A stretch of 64,000 bases of DNA from Patescibacteria group bacterium UBA6201. GTDB lineage: Bacteria; Patescibacteriota; Minisyncoccia; Phycocordibacterales; UBA918. This document shows, piece by piece, positions 41,025 to 50,205 of this stretch. The position numbers were made by a program, and so were the translations under genes. The notes beneath the pieces are model-generated. The model ran no database searches. It saw only the letters and a list, made by a program, of their open reading frames with translations, and was not told the DNA's origin. How positions within the stretch are numbered: the first letter of the stretch is position 1; the number at the start of each line of letters is the position of its first letter. Location: assembly GCA_002422025.1 (NCBI GenBank), contig DISV01000005.1, positions 290,948 to 354,947 on the forward strand, in the 5' to 3' direction.

Positions 41025-41705
41025 CTAGTCTCTCTCCTCCCACTCTTTATCTTTTAAATGTCCAAATCCCTTTTCATCACCCATACCTTCATCGTGACCC
41101 CCTCCACGATGTTTGAACTCAAAACCAGATTCAACTCCTGCTTCATCTAATATTTCTCGTACACGCTCGCGGTCCTTATTCTCCATTGCCTCCCGAAGCG
41201 CTTCCTTTTGTTCAGTATTTAGAAGACTCATAAAGTTTGGTCTCATATTGTCTTTGGAATTATCCATTCCAAAACCAGTCAAACCAAGTTCGTCAAAAAT
41301 GTCCTTAGCACCTTCTCTATCGCCGTCCCTCATCAACTCGTAGGCTTCAACTAATCTATCAAACTCTGCTTCACTATCAATCATGTCAGCGAAGGCAGAG
41401 CCCTCAATCGCTTCTTTAAAGGCCTCATAGTCTCGGGTGGCAATGGCGCTATGGATATCATTTTTATGCTCGCGCATGGCTTCACGAACTTGCTTAATAA
41501 CATCTTCGTCGACTCCGGCAGCTAAGAGAACATCTCGTGCAGCCTCTTTATCACCAGATTCTCTTAGTTCCTTAGCAGTCTCGAAGGCGGCAATCTGGTC
41601 ATCATTTAGGCCAGCTCGTTTAAGCATATCGCCACTAAAGGCACTTGCTCCTGTCACCGTGACCGCGAAAGCGGCCAAGGGAATAAGCAGAGTTTTCATA
41701 AGCAT
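41025..41705 (-). CDS. Secreted acidic hypothetical protein with His/Gly-rich C-terminus
   Basis: Signal peptide (MLMKTLLIPLAAFAVTVTGASAF); charged helical repeats; C-terminal HRGGGHDEGMGDEKGFGH. Confidence 0.5.
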   Translation of the reverse strand: MLMKTLLIPLAAFAVTVTGASAFSGDMLKRAGLNDDQIAAFETAKELRESGDKEAARDVLLAAGVDEDVIKQVREAMREHKNDIHSAIATRDYEAFKEAIEGSAFADMIDSEAEFDRLVEAYELMRDGDREGAKDIFDELGLTGFGMDNSKDNMRPNFMSLLNTEQKEALREAMENKDRERVREILDEAGVESGFEFKHRGGGHDEGMGDEKGFGHLKDKEWEERD

Positions 41706-41767
41706 AATTTTTTAATACAAATTTAAAGTAAATAAACGTCTTCAAAACGAAGTGTGGTTAAATAAGG

Positions 41768-41797
41768 AACAGCAAAGCCGCCCGCGAAGGCGGCTTC
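41768..41797 (-). terminator. Terminator hairpin downstream of the 41922..42536 gene
   Basis: gccgcc-cgcgaa-ggcggc with a T-rich tail on the minus strand. Confidence 0.4.
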
Positions 41798-41921
41798 ACT
41801 TTAGGGCCAGTAACATTTCTTTCTGGAACTAACCCTTTATGTACTCCGTTCCATTTTTTATTACGTGGCGGAGTTATAAATATTTCACACTTAATGAACC
41901 TTCAGTTCACTGAGCGAAATA

Positions 41922-42536
41922 CTAATTCGCACCAATCCTTTCATGTAACCAATTCTCAGCCCAATCAGAAAAGTTACCCACGGGTCTTCCACCACCTTCT
42001 AGTTCTGACCAAACCTCTCGTAGCAACACTGCCAGTTCACTACTCTGCCCAAGTGCTGTCTCGCAAGTATCCAAAAGATAAACTGTATTATCAACTGTGA
42101 AGCGATACTCATAATCATACCCGCCCTGAATTGAAGGACAGTCTGGCGCTAAGGGCGCATAAGTATAGGCAACCAATTCATCATCATACTCACGTAAGTC
42201 ACGCATCAGGCCTACTGAGAGCTTACCTTCAATCGGAGATAAAGCTGAGTCACTGTTCCCACCTGGCAGGTATATATAATTTCTGTCTGACAAGACTCTA
42301 AACGACGGTTCTACATAGCGAGAACTGCCGTCACTATAACGCTTCGCGACCAAACTCCACTCACCTGCCTCAGCTTCGGTGTCATTTAAACTGTCCGGCA
42401 CGTAAATAGGTTTAAAAGCCATCAAGTAGACATACATACCGATAGCCAAACCAGTTAGGAAAGTTAGGGAAAGCAACATCCAATCATCGCGTTTCATTCT
42501 CTCAATTATACACGGCTCTATCATCAGCTTAAACAT
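41922..42536 (-). CDS. Hypothetical membrane-anchored protein
   Basis: 204-aa ORF with an N-terminal TM helix; no homology recognised. Confidence 0.45.
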   Translation of the reverse strand: MFKLMIEPCIIERMKRDDWMLLSLTFLTGLAIGMYVYLMAFKPIYVPDSLNDTEAEAGEWSLVAKRYSDGSSRYVEPSFRVLSDRNYIYLPGGNSDSALSPIEGKLSVGLMRDLREYDDELVAYTYAPLAPDCPSIQGGYDYEYRFTVDNTVYLLDTCETALGQSSELAVLLREVWSELEGGGRPVGNFSDWAENWLHERIGAN

Positions 42537-42615
42537 AAGAATGGTGAGATCAAATCATTCATCGCTTGTTCCAAGAATTACCTTCAAGCGACTTAGGGCG
42601 TGTTAAAATTTCCAG

Positions 42616-44700
42616 ATGGAGTTATTTTCATATCTTGGATTACACACCGCATACCTCTTTGTGTTTTCTGTTAGTTTAGGTTTAGGTATTGGTACATCTG
42701 TATTGAGTCATAGTCTTTTTTTACTTGCTGCTAAAGACAAAAAAGTGTCACGCGATGAGTTTAAATTACTAAACCTATCACGCAAAGTGAGTTGGGTGGC
42801 AATCCTTATGTATGGTTTCAGCGGTATCGGTCTTTTTACCCTTGCCTACGAATCTATGATTGAGCTTGGAATATTCTATGCCAGCATGACGGTCGCTGTA
42901 ATTCTAGTCACAAATGAAGTGCTGTTTTCGTTTTGGCATTTGCCACGTATACAAAACACCAAAAATGGTGTGGCTGTAGTTGATGCTTTTGTTTTAGTAA
43001 GCGGTGCTGTCTCTGCCGTGTCATGGATATTTTTAATGTTCCACCATGTCATTTATCGAACCGATATTGGATACTTTCCATTCATGACCCTATACACAAT
43101 AGCGGTCATTTTGGCACTACTACTCACTTGGTTTATATTCAGAAATTCCGTACACAAACATGACGGCCTTATACTCAAACGCTCTTTATTGACTGCAGTT
43201 TTGCTAACAATTATTTTTATTGGCGCTTGTTATTCCGATATTAATCTAATAACCAAAACGATTAAGGTTGAGGAAGTGGTGCCTCCAATATCAAGTGATG
43301 CAACATACACTATTGATGATGTGGCCCTCCATAACAATTCTGAGGATTGTTGGCTAATTATAGATAAGAAAGTATTCAATGCCACCGAAGCGTCACGCCT
43401 ACATCCAGCCATGTTCAACTGCGGTGAGGATGTGAGTGAGAACTATCATATAAATCATGGCGAGACTATTCGTGACAAGATGATGAAGTTTTATATAGGA
43501 GAACTTAGTGACGGGAAAGGTATCACAAATGTCGATGTACCATTTACAAAAAACCTTACCCTGGAACCATATCGTGAACTATATGTAGATGAAGGATCCT
43601 GGAATCCACATAACCTGATGTTAGTGGTGGAAAAGGACGCTGAGAAGCTTCTAGCAATTGACGGAACTACACACGAAGTAATTGGACGTGTCCACAATGT
43701 TGGTTTTCAGCCACATACATCAGTCTTTTCTTCAGATGCGAAGTTTATGTACATCATCTCGCGCGATGGTTGGCTAACAAAAATAAGCCTTGAAACACTT
43801 GAACCAATTAAATCAGTGTTGGTAGGTGAGAATTCTCGCGGTACTGCGCTGACCGATAATGACAAATACATTGCGATTGGCAATTACGCACCGGGAAATC
43901 TAGTGATTCTCGATACTGATACGATGGAAATCCTCAAGACTATTGCACTTAATGTCACAATAGATGGTAAAGAGATTGAGTCGCGAGCAGGTGCAGTAGT
44001 CGAAGATGGTAACAGAATTATCGTAGCCTTAAAGGATGCAAATAGCGTATGGGCCATTGATACTGACCAGTCGGATTTTCCAGTCACTGATAAATTTGAA
44101 AACATTGGCGAGAATGTACCTGCACTACATGACGCCTTCCTTACTCCCAATGGAGAATACTACATAGTCGCATCCCAAGGTTCAAAGACTGCCTGGGTAC
44201 TTGATTTAACAACAATGAAACCAATCGCTGAGATAGAGACGGGAGAAACACCTCACACCGGCCCTGGAGCTGCCTGGGGCGACTACATCTACGTTCCAGC
44301 TCTCGGAGAAGGTTTAATAACAGTTATTGATACTAAAACCTGGAAGCCGGCGAAGTACATAAAAACAGGTGGGCCAGGACTATTTGTGCGCAGTTACAGC
44401 AAAGATCCATCGTATCCATATGTCTGGGCCGATACTGCCTTTGGCGATTATAAAGATGAAATATATGTGATTGATGCAAGGATTAACGAAATCGTTGAAA
44501 CAATTGTCCCAGTCGAAGGCGAAAGCTCATGGCACCCTGAATTTACCTACGATGGTAAGTCTGTCTACATCGTTTCTCAAACAGCCAACGAAGTAGAAGT
44601 ATACGATGCCTACACCTTCGAAATAGTTAAAAGAATTGAAGCTAATACTCCATCAGCAATATCTAATGTTGGTCTTCGAATCGAGGAGCCTGGACTCTAA
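42616..44700 (+). CDS. Membrane protein with N-terminal polytopic domain, cytochrome b5-like heme-binding domain and C-terminal YVTN-type beta-propeller
   Basis: About 6 TM helices (1-230). A cyt b5-like core (DVALHNNSEDCWLIIDKKVFNATEASRLHPAMFNCGEDVSENYHINHGE). Repeated beta-propeller blades of cd1-nitrite-reductase/YVTN type (KYIAIGNYAPGNLVILDTDTMEILKTI...). Confidence 0.6.
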   Translation: MELFSYLGLHTAYLFVFSVSLGLGIGTSVLSHSLFLLAAKDKKVSRDEFKLLNLSRKVSWVAILMYGFSGIGLFTLAYESMIELGIFYASMTVAVILVTNEVLFSFWHLPRIQNTKNGVAVVDAFVLVSGAVSAVSWIFLMFHHVIYRTDIGYFPFMTLYTIAVILALLLTWFIFRNSVHKHDGLILKRSLLTAVLLTIIFIGACYSDINLITKTIKVEEVVPPISSDATYTIDDVALHNNSEDCWLIIDKKVFNATEASRLHPAMFNCGEDVSENYHINHGETIRDKMMKFYIGELSDGKGITNVDVPFTKNLTLEPYRELYVDEGSWNPHNLMLVVEKDAEKLLAIDGTTHEVIGRVHNVGFQPHTSVFSSDAKFMYIISRDGWLTKISLETLEPIKSVLVGENSRGTALTDNDKYIAIGNYAPGNLVILDTDTMEILKTIALNVTIDGKEIESRAGAVVEDGNRIIVALKDANSVWAIDTDQSDFPVTDKFENIGENVPALHDAFLTPNGEYYIVASQGSKTAWVLDLTTMKPIAEIETGETPHTGPGAAWGDYIYVPALGEGLITVIDTKTWKPAKYIKTGGPGLFVRSYSKDPSYPYVWADTAFGDYKDEIYVIDARINEIVETIVPVEGESSWHPEFTYDGKSVYIVSQTANEVEVYDAYTFEIVKRIEANTPSAISNVGLRIEEPGL

Positions 44701-44710
44701 TTAAATATAT

Positions 44711-45253
44711 TTAAGCTGTTTTAGTTGAAAGAATCCTTACCCCACTAAGGACAAAGGCGATTTCAATGGCACCCACAAGAACCAAGGTGTAAGCAATATC
44801 ACCAAGTAGCATATTCCTCAAAAATGGTAGGCCAAGCTCATAAGCATAGAGGAGTCCAAAAATAGATTTCTCATACCATGGAGAGAACAACCAGACTGCA
44901 GCATTGGTAAACAAAAAGAAGACTAGCGAACTGGCAACAACAGTGACCCCAACCGAAGAGAAGGAGTTATACTTTCGACAAACCCAACTAAGGAAACCAA
45001 TTAGGATAAACGAGCCGTAGACTGAAAGCATTATTCTCCAATCGTAAAACCCTATAAGCAAATCAGACAGTAGGAGGGCCACAAGCGGAAGAATAATTGA
45101 CCACCTTCTTCCGAGATACAAACTACCCACAAACGCTAAGGCGGCAATCGGTGTTGCGTTCGGAGCGTGTGGCATAAGCCTTATCATTATCCCGAAAGAA
45201 ATTAGTGCGCACGCTATTAAAATAATCTGATTTCTATTCAAATTCATAATCAA
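44711..45253 (-). CDS. Small polytopic membrane protein, ECF-transporter S-component-like (by context possibly cobalamin-related)
   Basis: 180 aa, ~5-6 TM. The N-terminal motif LMPHAPNATPIAALAFVGSLYLG resembles S-component signatures. It is adjacent to B12-related genes. The functional assignment is speculative. Confidence 0.4.
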   Translation of the reverse strand: MIMNLNRNQIILIACALISFGIMIRLMPHAPNATPIAALAFVGSLYLGRRWSIILPLVALLLSDLLIGFYDWRIMLSVYGSFILIGFLSWVCRKYNSFSSVGVTVVASSLVFFLFTNAAVWLFSPWYEKSIFGLLYAYELGLPFLRNMLLGDIAYTLVLVGAIEIAFVLSGVRILSTKTA

Positions 45254-45681
45254 AATTGTGATTTTTCATAGCGCCATTCTACAGAGTCTCTGTCTTTAAG
45301 CTCTAGTTTATCGGCTCCGACTTGTGGCATAGTGTCGTTAACAAAATACTGCCAATATTTGTCCTCCACTCCATTTACCTTTCCATTTATACCCTCAACC
45401 AATATTCCAAGCCCTGGATACTCTTTGGTGATTAAGAGAAACTCTGGGTCTTCTTGATTTAGTGCCTCTAGAGCATCATAGACAGTATCACCCACTGCTA
45501 CAGTTACTGATTTATTTGTATAAACACCTTCAACACTTAGGGAAATGTTGATGACTTCTTGAACATCTTCAGTCGGTACATTTTGTAGATTGGTCTGTCT
45601 GTCTGTATACGCAGACAGACCAAAGATTAATGCCAATACAACAGTACCTAACCCTAATATTTGCAAGACTTTATTATTCAT
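45250..45681 (-). CDS. DUF4430-like exported protein (family frequently linked to cobalamin uptake loci)
   Basis: N-terminal anchor. The conserved pattern is TVYDALEAL...GILVEGINGKVNGVEDKYWQYFVNDTMPQVGADKLELKDRDSVEWRY. The family assignment is from memory. Confidence 0.5.
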   Translation of the reverse strand: MNNKVLQILGLGTVVLALIFGLSAYTDRQTNLQNVPTEDVQEVINISLSVEGVYTNKSVTVAVGDTVYDALEALNQEDPEFLLITKEYPGLGILVEGINGKVNGVEDKYWQYFVNDTMPQVGADKLELKDRDSVEWRYEKSQF

Positions 45682-46226
45682 ACACTTTTTAAATTATCTT
45701 TATACGAAGGCGATAGTTCTCTTATATTCTTCCTGACCGCTACATATCGTGCAAGTACGTATAGAAGACTTGAGAGTCGATTGAGATACGCTAGAGTCTC
45801 GGGCGACACTGCCCTATCTGACAAAGCAGCGATGACTGTACGCTCTGCTCGACGCGACACTGCTCTAGCAAAATCAAATAGTGCTGAGTGTTCTGTCACC
45901 CCTGGTACCACAAAGGAATGAGGGTTTGTTATTTCACTCTCAAAATCTTCAATCGTCTGTTCAAGACTGTCTATATGACTTTGTTCAAGTGTTTCGGTGA
46001 CTCCCGCCAACTCTGCCTGCACAATAAAAAGACTTTCTTGCGCCTTTAGTATCTCATTACTAATTCGTTTGTCTTTTTTAGCAAAACGAGCCCTGCAAAT
46101 ACCGAGTAATGAGTTGAGCTCATCAACCGTACCAAGTGCTTCAAAGACAAGACTATCTTTAGATAAACGCTCTTTAGTCCCAAAGAGTCCTGAAGTGCCA
46201 CCATCCCCTTTACGCGTATATAGCAT
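45678..46226 (-). CDS. ATP:cob(I)alamin adenosyltransferase, PduO type
   Basis: N-terminal LYTRKGDGGTSGLFG (TRTGDxGxT-like motif) and the PduO-type helical bundle. Confidence 0.85.
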   Translation of the reverse strand: MLYTRKGDGGTSGLFGTKERLSKDSLVFEALGTVDELNSLLGICRARFAKKDKRISNEILKAQESLFIVQAELAGVTETLEQSHIDSLEQTIEDFESEITNPHSFVVPGVTEHSALFDFARAVSRRAERTVIAALSDRAVSPETLAYLNRLSSLLYVLARYVAVRKNIRELSPSYKDNLKSV

Positions 46227-46231
46227 AGAAT

Positions 46232-48556
46232 TTACGCAGTAGTTACATCAGAGGGTACCAACATATCAATATCACAAGTACCACCCACACAAGCCAACTC
46301 CTTCTTCTGCTCCGTCTCATCAGTATGCTCATAGGTGACCAACTTTGAGTAGTCGATTGAAGGAAAGCCAGCTAATAGTTCATCATATCGTTTTTTATCA
46401 ATTGTCTCATAAGGAGCCAGACGGTAAACATGATCAAAGCGTGGCAAGAATGATAAACCGCCGATAATACTCCAATTTTTCTGCACCCAATCTACAACAC
46501 TAATCCACTCATTTTCGCCGACTGATATCGTGGCCGATGGATTATGTTCCGTATAGTTAAGCTTTACTGTCTTCCAATATTCTAATTGTTCCAGTGCAGA
46601 AAAATCATCTTTAAAAACAGAATCACTTGGTGCCTCGACTGGAAACTCCAAAACATAAGTACTAGCGCTTTCGAGAGATTGCCCAACTTCAGGGTAGTAT
46701 GGTACGCCTTGGTCCTTCAACATCTTGAAGAGTGAGTCAGTGGCAGAGATTCGGACACGACGGATATAGTATTTTGAGTGACGAGGATGTATACCAGAGG
46801 AACAATTGAAGGTTTGTGACACAGTACCAGACGGTTTAACTGCTGTTACTGATAGTGATTGCTTTATTCCTAGTCGTTTGGCGTACAGAGCGTTTGTCTC
46901 TATTGCCATATCACGCATCGCACGTAAAGTTTCTGGTTCGCGCGCAACGTCACTATCCCACTGACCAGTCACTGAAACACCAAGCAAATGCTCATCTTCA
47001 CAATGCTTCTGCCAGTCTTTCGAGATGTAGTTAAATTTCGTCAAGGAAGATTGATAAGTTCCAAGGAGAGAAGCAAGACGCGCCTTACGCACCAAACTCT
47101 CTTTAGTGTCATCCGCTCGCGCTATAACTTCAGAGAGGTTACAAAATTGTTTTGATTGGAGGATTATCTCTCCACACGGATTCGTACCAATTGGACCCTC
47201 TACTACCCCATCTTCTCCTAGGAAGCCTACCTTCTTAAAATACTTAGCACGACGCTCCGGTAAAGTGTTGGCCAATGCTCCACGGTTAAATATACCTCTC
47301 TCTCCTGACCCACTTTTCATAAGTGCCACCCACTCTTCCATTAATTCCGTATTTGATGGAGTTGTTTCGTATACGGCAGAGTTATTAGCAACTGACCGAT
47401 GTGGTTCTGTTAAATAAAACTGTCCCTTTTTAGCATCACGTAGGTCAGCGTCATCAAGATCAGACAGACTTATCATTGCGGTCCGACGTACTCCTCCTGA
47501 GACCACACACTCACCAATCTTGCAGATAATATCGTGAACATCGAGTGGTCTCAGGCGACGACCTTGTCGTTTCTGTATCTTTTCTTTAGCAAAATCCAGT
47601 AGCGAACGTAGTGGCTCAGGACCAGAGGCTTTGCCACCCATAGTCATCAAGCGGGCACCCGCTGGCCGAATAAGAGAGTAATCAAACTGAATATCCTCTC
47701 CGGCATACCAAGTCTTTAGCCCTAAAGTGAGCGCATCACACCACCCTTCTTTAGAATCTTTAACTCTGTGTGTGGGCTTCACTTTTTTAGTTAGTTTTTT
47801 AATCTGTGGCATCTGCTCAACATTCTGACTCTCAACAGAAAATCCGACACCACACCCTTGCATTGAGAGGTACATAATTTCGGCATAATCTTCAAGTGAA
47901 GCTGGAGCAATAAATGTGCAGTTATATGCACAGGTGTTGCAACGGCGAGCTGGGTCACCAGCAAATTGCATCAGTCTCATAGAAGGCATCACTTCTTGCT
48001 TAAGAATTGCTTCACGAAGTTCAGAATACTCCTCTTGTGAGAGCTTATTGCCAAGATTTTCTCTCATAAATGAAATATAACGATCAACCGTCTCAATCCA
48101 TGTCTCACGTCGATTTTCCTCCTCAATCCATCGTGCGTAGGTCCTCAGATATACGAATTCGCCAAGAGCATTATCTTTAAAATACTTTTTGCTTTTTTCC
48201 GCCAGGACCCGCACATGTTCTGGCACCTCACCTCTTTCCAAGCGTCTCTCTGTTCGCTCCGCTCGGTAGAGGATGTATGATTTGGCAGATTCAAGGAACC
48301 CCAAAAGCATAAGTTCTTTTTCCACCTCATCTTGCACCTCCTCAACAGTGGGAGTAAATGCTGAATTAGTTTTTTTATTTGCCGCCAACTTCTTTTCTAC
48401 TGCATTAGCAACCATCTTTGCTGCTCCATCACTAAATTCTCCAACGGCCTTCATTGCTTTGTTTACAGCAACGATAATTTTGTTTTTATCAAAATCAACG
48501 GACGAACCGTCTCGTTTAATGATGGTAGTTAGCAATGGTGATTTGGTTTTTGGCAT
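46232..48556 (-). CDS. nrdJ: Adenosylcobalamin-dependent (class II) ribonucleotide reductase (start placed at ATG 48556; longest ORF uses TTG 48565)
   Basis: N-terminal ATP-cone-like region (KRDGSSVDFDKNKI) and the RNR active-site motif NPCGEIIL. The large catalytic-domain size (~775 aa) fits monomeric or large class II enzymes. A neighbouring adenosyltransferase supports the B12 dependence. Confidence 0.85.
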   Translation of the reverse strand: MPKTKSPLLTTIIKRDGSSVDFDKNKIIVAVNKAMKAVGEFSDGAAKMVANAVEKKLAANKKTNSAFTPTVEEVQDEVEKELMLLGFLESAKSYILYRAERTERRLERGEVPEHVRVLAEKSKKYFKDNALGEFVYLRTYARWIEEENRRETWIETVDRYISFMRENLGNKLSQEEYSELREAILKQEVMPSMRLMQFAGDPARRCNTCAYNCTFIAPASLEDYAEIMYLSMQGCGVGFSVESQNVEQMPQIKKLTKKVKPTHRVKDSKEGWCDALTLGLKTWYAGEDIQFDYSLIRPAGARLMTMGGKASGPEPLRSLLDFAKEKIQKRQGRRLRPLDVHDIICKIGECVVSGGVRRTAMISLSDLDDADLRDAKKGQFYLTEPHRSVANNSAVYETTPSNTELMEEWVALMKSGSGERGIFNRGALANTLPERRAKYFKKVGFLGEDGVVEGPIGTNPCGEIILQSKQFCNLSEVIARADDTKESLVRKARLASLLGTYQSSLTKFNYISKDWQKHCEDEHLLGVSVTGQWDSDVAREPETLRAMRDMAIETNALYAKRLGIKQSLSVTAVKPSGTVSQTFNCSSGIHPRHSKYYIRRVRISATDSLFKMLKDQGVPYYPEVGQSLESASTYVLEFPVEAPSDSVFKDDFSALEQLEYWKTVKLNYTEHNPSATISVGENEWISVVDWVQKNWSIIGGLSFLPRFDHVYRLAPYETIDKKRYDELLAGFPSIDYSKLVTYEHTDETEQKKELACVGGTCDIDMLVPSDVTTA

Positions 48557-48572
48557 AGTCGGCAAAGATTAC

Positions 48573-48614
48573 ATAGATAATGGTCTATCTATAGTAATAT
48601 AGATAATTATCTAT
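48573..48614. promoter_or_regulatory. Two adjacent palindromic sites sharing the half-site ATAGATA, 17-58 bp upstream of the nrdJ start
   Basis: atagata-atggtc-tatctat (48573-48592) and the perfect 16-bp palindrome atagataattatctat (48599-48614). Confidence 0.35.
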
Positions 48615-48797
48615 GTATAAGAAAATGATGTGGAGAAGAGATACGGACACGAAAGATAGGCCCTGACAAGTACACATTGCCCCACCTAGTTGAAGAGACT
48701 AGTTAAGATAGGGCATTTTTTTCCAAATTGACCTAGTTTATTGCCACACCTGCGTTGGTATTCAACATACATATACGTTATGATAACGACCGCATAC

Positions 48798-48872
48798 GGA
48801 GGGTTCGCATAGTGGATGAGTAGCAAAACATTTTGCTACTCATCCGGTCCCGAGTGAAGCGAGGGATTGTCC
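48798..48872 (+). pseudogene. Decayed tRNA-Ser copy: 18-nt 5' end identical to tRNA-Ser, 28-nt perfect hairpin inserted after the D-loop GG, degenerate T-arm, no 3' acceptor
   Basis: tacggagggttcgcatagtgg (48795-48815) is a perfect direct repeat of 48964-48984. A hairpin atgagtagcaaaa-ca-ttttgctactcat occupies 48816-48843. cgagggattgtcc resembles the tRNA-Ser T-arm cgagggttcaaatcc. Confidence 0.45.
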
Positions 48873-48966
48873 GATGTTTTAGACGAGGACAAAGGTGGAC
48901 TAGTGCTAGGCATTTCTATCACTTAGTTTGTAACTGGACCGAGAAGTCATTAAACTAGGAATTTAC

Positions 48967-49053
48967 GGAGGGTTCGCATAGTGGCCTAGTGCGCCGCCTT
49001 GGAAAGGCGGTATCGGGGAAACTCGATCGAGGGTTCAAATCCCTCACCCTCCG
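48967..49053 (+). tRNA. tRNA-Ser (anticodon GGA), class II with long variable arm
   Basis: GGAGGGT-TC-GCAT-AGTGGCCTA-GTGC-G-CCGCC-TTGGAAA-GGCGG-TATCGGGGAAACTCGATC-GAGGG-TTCAAAT-CCCTC-ACCCTCC-G. It has a 7-bp acceptor stem, a GG in the D-loop, anticodon GGA and T-loop TTCAAAT. No CCA is encoded. Confidence 0.8.
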
Positions 49054-49387
49054 CAGATGAACGAAGTGAGACAAGGTGGGTGAAAGAAACAGTCTGGGTG
49101 AGTAAGTGTTGCACACTTCCACAAGACTCATTGAGATAGTTATGACCAACGGGAATAAATATCCAATGAGTAGACAGCTCCTGTAAGGAGACTGTTTCTT
49201 GGGATTTGAAAAGGTTGCCCGTTGTTTTGGGAATACTTGGACTAATATAACTATAATCTGTATTGAAACTATAAGTTTCAAATCTCTCAACTACTTATAC
49301 ACACCCCACCTTTACACACCTCAAAAAATGTTTCGAGAAGAGTACAATATAGATAGCACGAAGTTATTAACATTAACTTAATGAATT

Positions 49388-49780
49388 ATGGAAAGTACTA
49401 CTATGTTCCTCGCCAGTCTGTGGGGACCGGCCATTCTGGCTGTTGGTGCAGGGTTTTTTGTGAGTCGTGAACACTACCTCCGAATATACAGAGATATCCA
49501 AAGAGAACCGTTTGCTTTATTAGTATTTGGAATGGCTGGTATTGCCGCTGCCATTGTCCACATCAACACTCATAATGTTTGGGGGAATCTACCGGAGATG
49601 ATTATCAGCTTCTTAGGCTGGGCATTACTCCTTAAGTCACTAACCTTGATGATAATGCCAAATATCACGGACAAATTAGCTGGCCGTATAGCCACCAATT
49701 CAACTCTGATTACCATCGTTGGAATCACGATGTTACTGGTCGGTGGATATCTATCATGGTTGTCCTACTTTGTTAATTAG
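49388..49780 (+). CDS. Hypothetical small membrane protein (4 TM)
   Basis: 130-aa ORF with a good start context and hydrophobic helices. It is followed by a strong terminator. Confidence 0.45.
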   Translation: MESTTMFLASLWGPAILAVGAGFFVSREHYLRIYRDIQREPFALLVFGMAGIAAAIVHINTHNVWGNLPEMIISFLGWALLLKSLTLMIMPNITDKLAGRIATNSTLITIVGITMLLVGGYLSWLSYFVN

Positions 49781-49795
49781 TATGTAGGGAGAATC

Positions 49796-49826
49796 AAAAA
49801 CGGCGCGTCACGGACGCGCCGTTTTT
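49796..49826. terminator. Bidirectional intrinsic terminator
   Basis: aaaaa-cggcgcgtc-acg-gacgcgccg-ttttt: a perfect 9-bp GC stem flanked by an A5 and a T5 run. It lies between convergent genes. Confidence 0.7.
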
Positions 49827-49843
49827 GATTATCTGTTTTGTTT

Positions 49844-50197
49844 CTAGTGCTTACACTTCCCTCGCACAGTTAACTCTAAAGATTCGGGAGTAAAACCTGG
49901 AACCTTAATCGATTTCATAATCTCAGCATCCGATACATTAAAGTGGATTACCTTATTGCAATCAGTGCAGATGGCATGATGATGATTTGCTTCTTTATAT
50001 TCATACATCGCCTCGTCTTTATCAAGGTCAAGTTTTTTTATCAAACCATCCGACACAAAGAGTTCTAAGTTCCGATATATGGTAGTCAGGTCAATCTCCG
50101 GAATTTTCTTATGAATTTCAGCCGCAGACAAAGCACAGTGCGCGTCTTTCAGCACTTTAAATATTTTTTCACGCTTTGGACTGTGGCGACGATTCAT
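49844..50197 (-). CDS. Fur-family metalloregulator (Fur/Zur/PerR)
   Basis: Winged-helix N-terminus (REKIFKVLKDAHCALSAAEIHKKI...TIYRNLELF) and a metal site HHHAICTDCNKV...CKH. Confidence 0.85.
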   Translation of the reverse strand: MNRRHSPKREKIFKVLKDAHCALSAAEIHKKIPEIDLTTIYRNLELFVSDGLIKKLDLDKDEAMYEYKEANHHHAICTDCNKVIHFNVSDAEIMKSIKVPGFTPESLELTVRGKCKH

Positions 50198-50205
50198 AAT
50201 TGAAT

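Noticed and set aside
48557-48790. Cobalamin riboswitch in the nrdJ leader
   Set aside because: No B12-box (GCCACTG-like) or the usual GC-rich paired elements could be recognised on the minus strand. The region is instead dominated by AT-rich palindromes, so it is reported as an operator candidate only.
48955-49290. 111-aa ORF on the minus strand
   Set aside because: It overlaps the tRNA-Ser gene and its flanks entirely, so it is a non-coding artefact.
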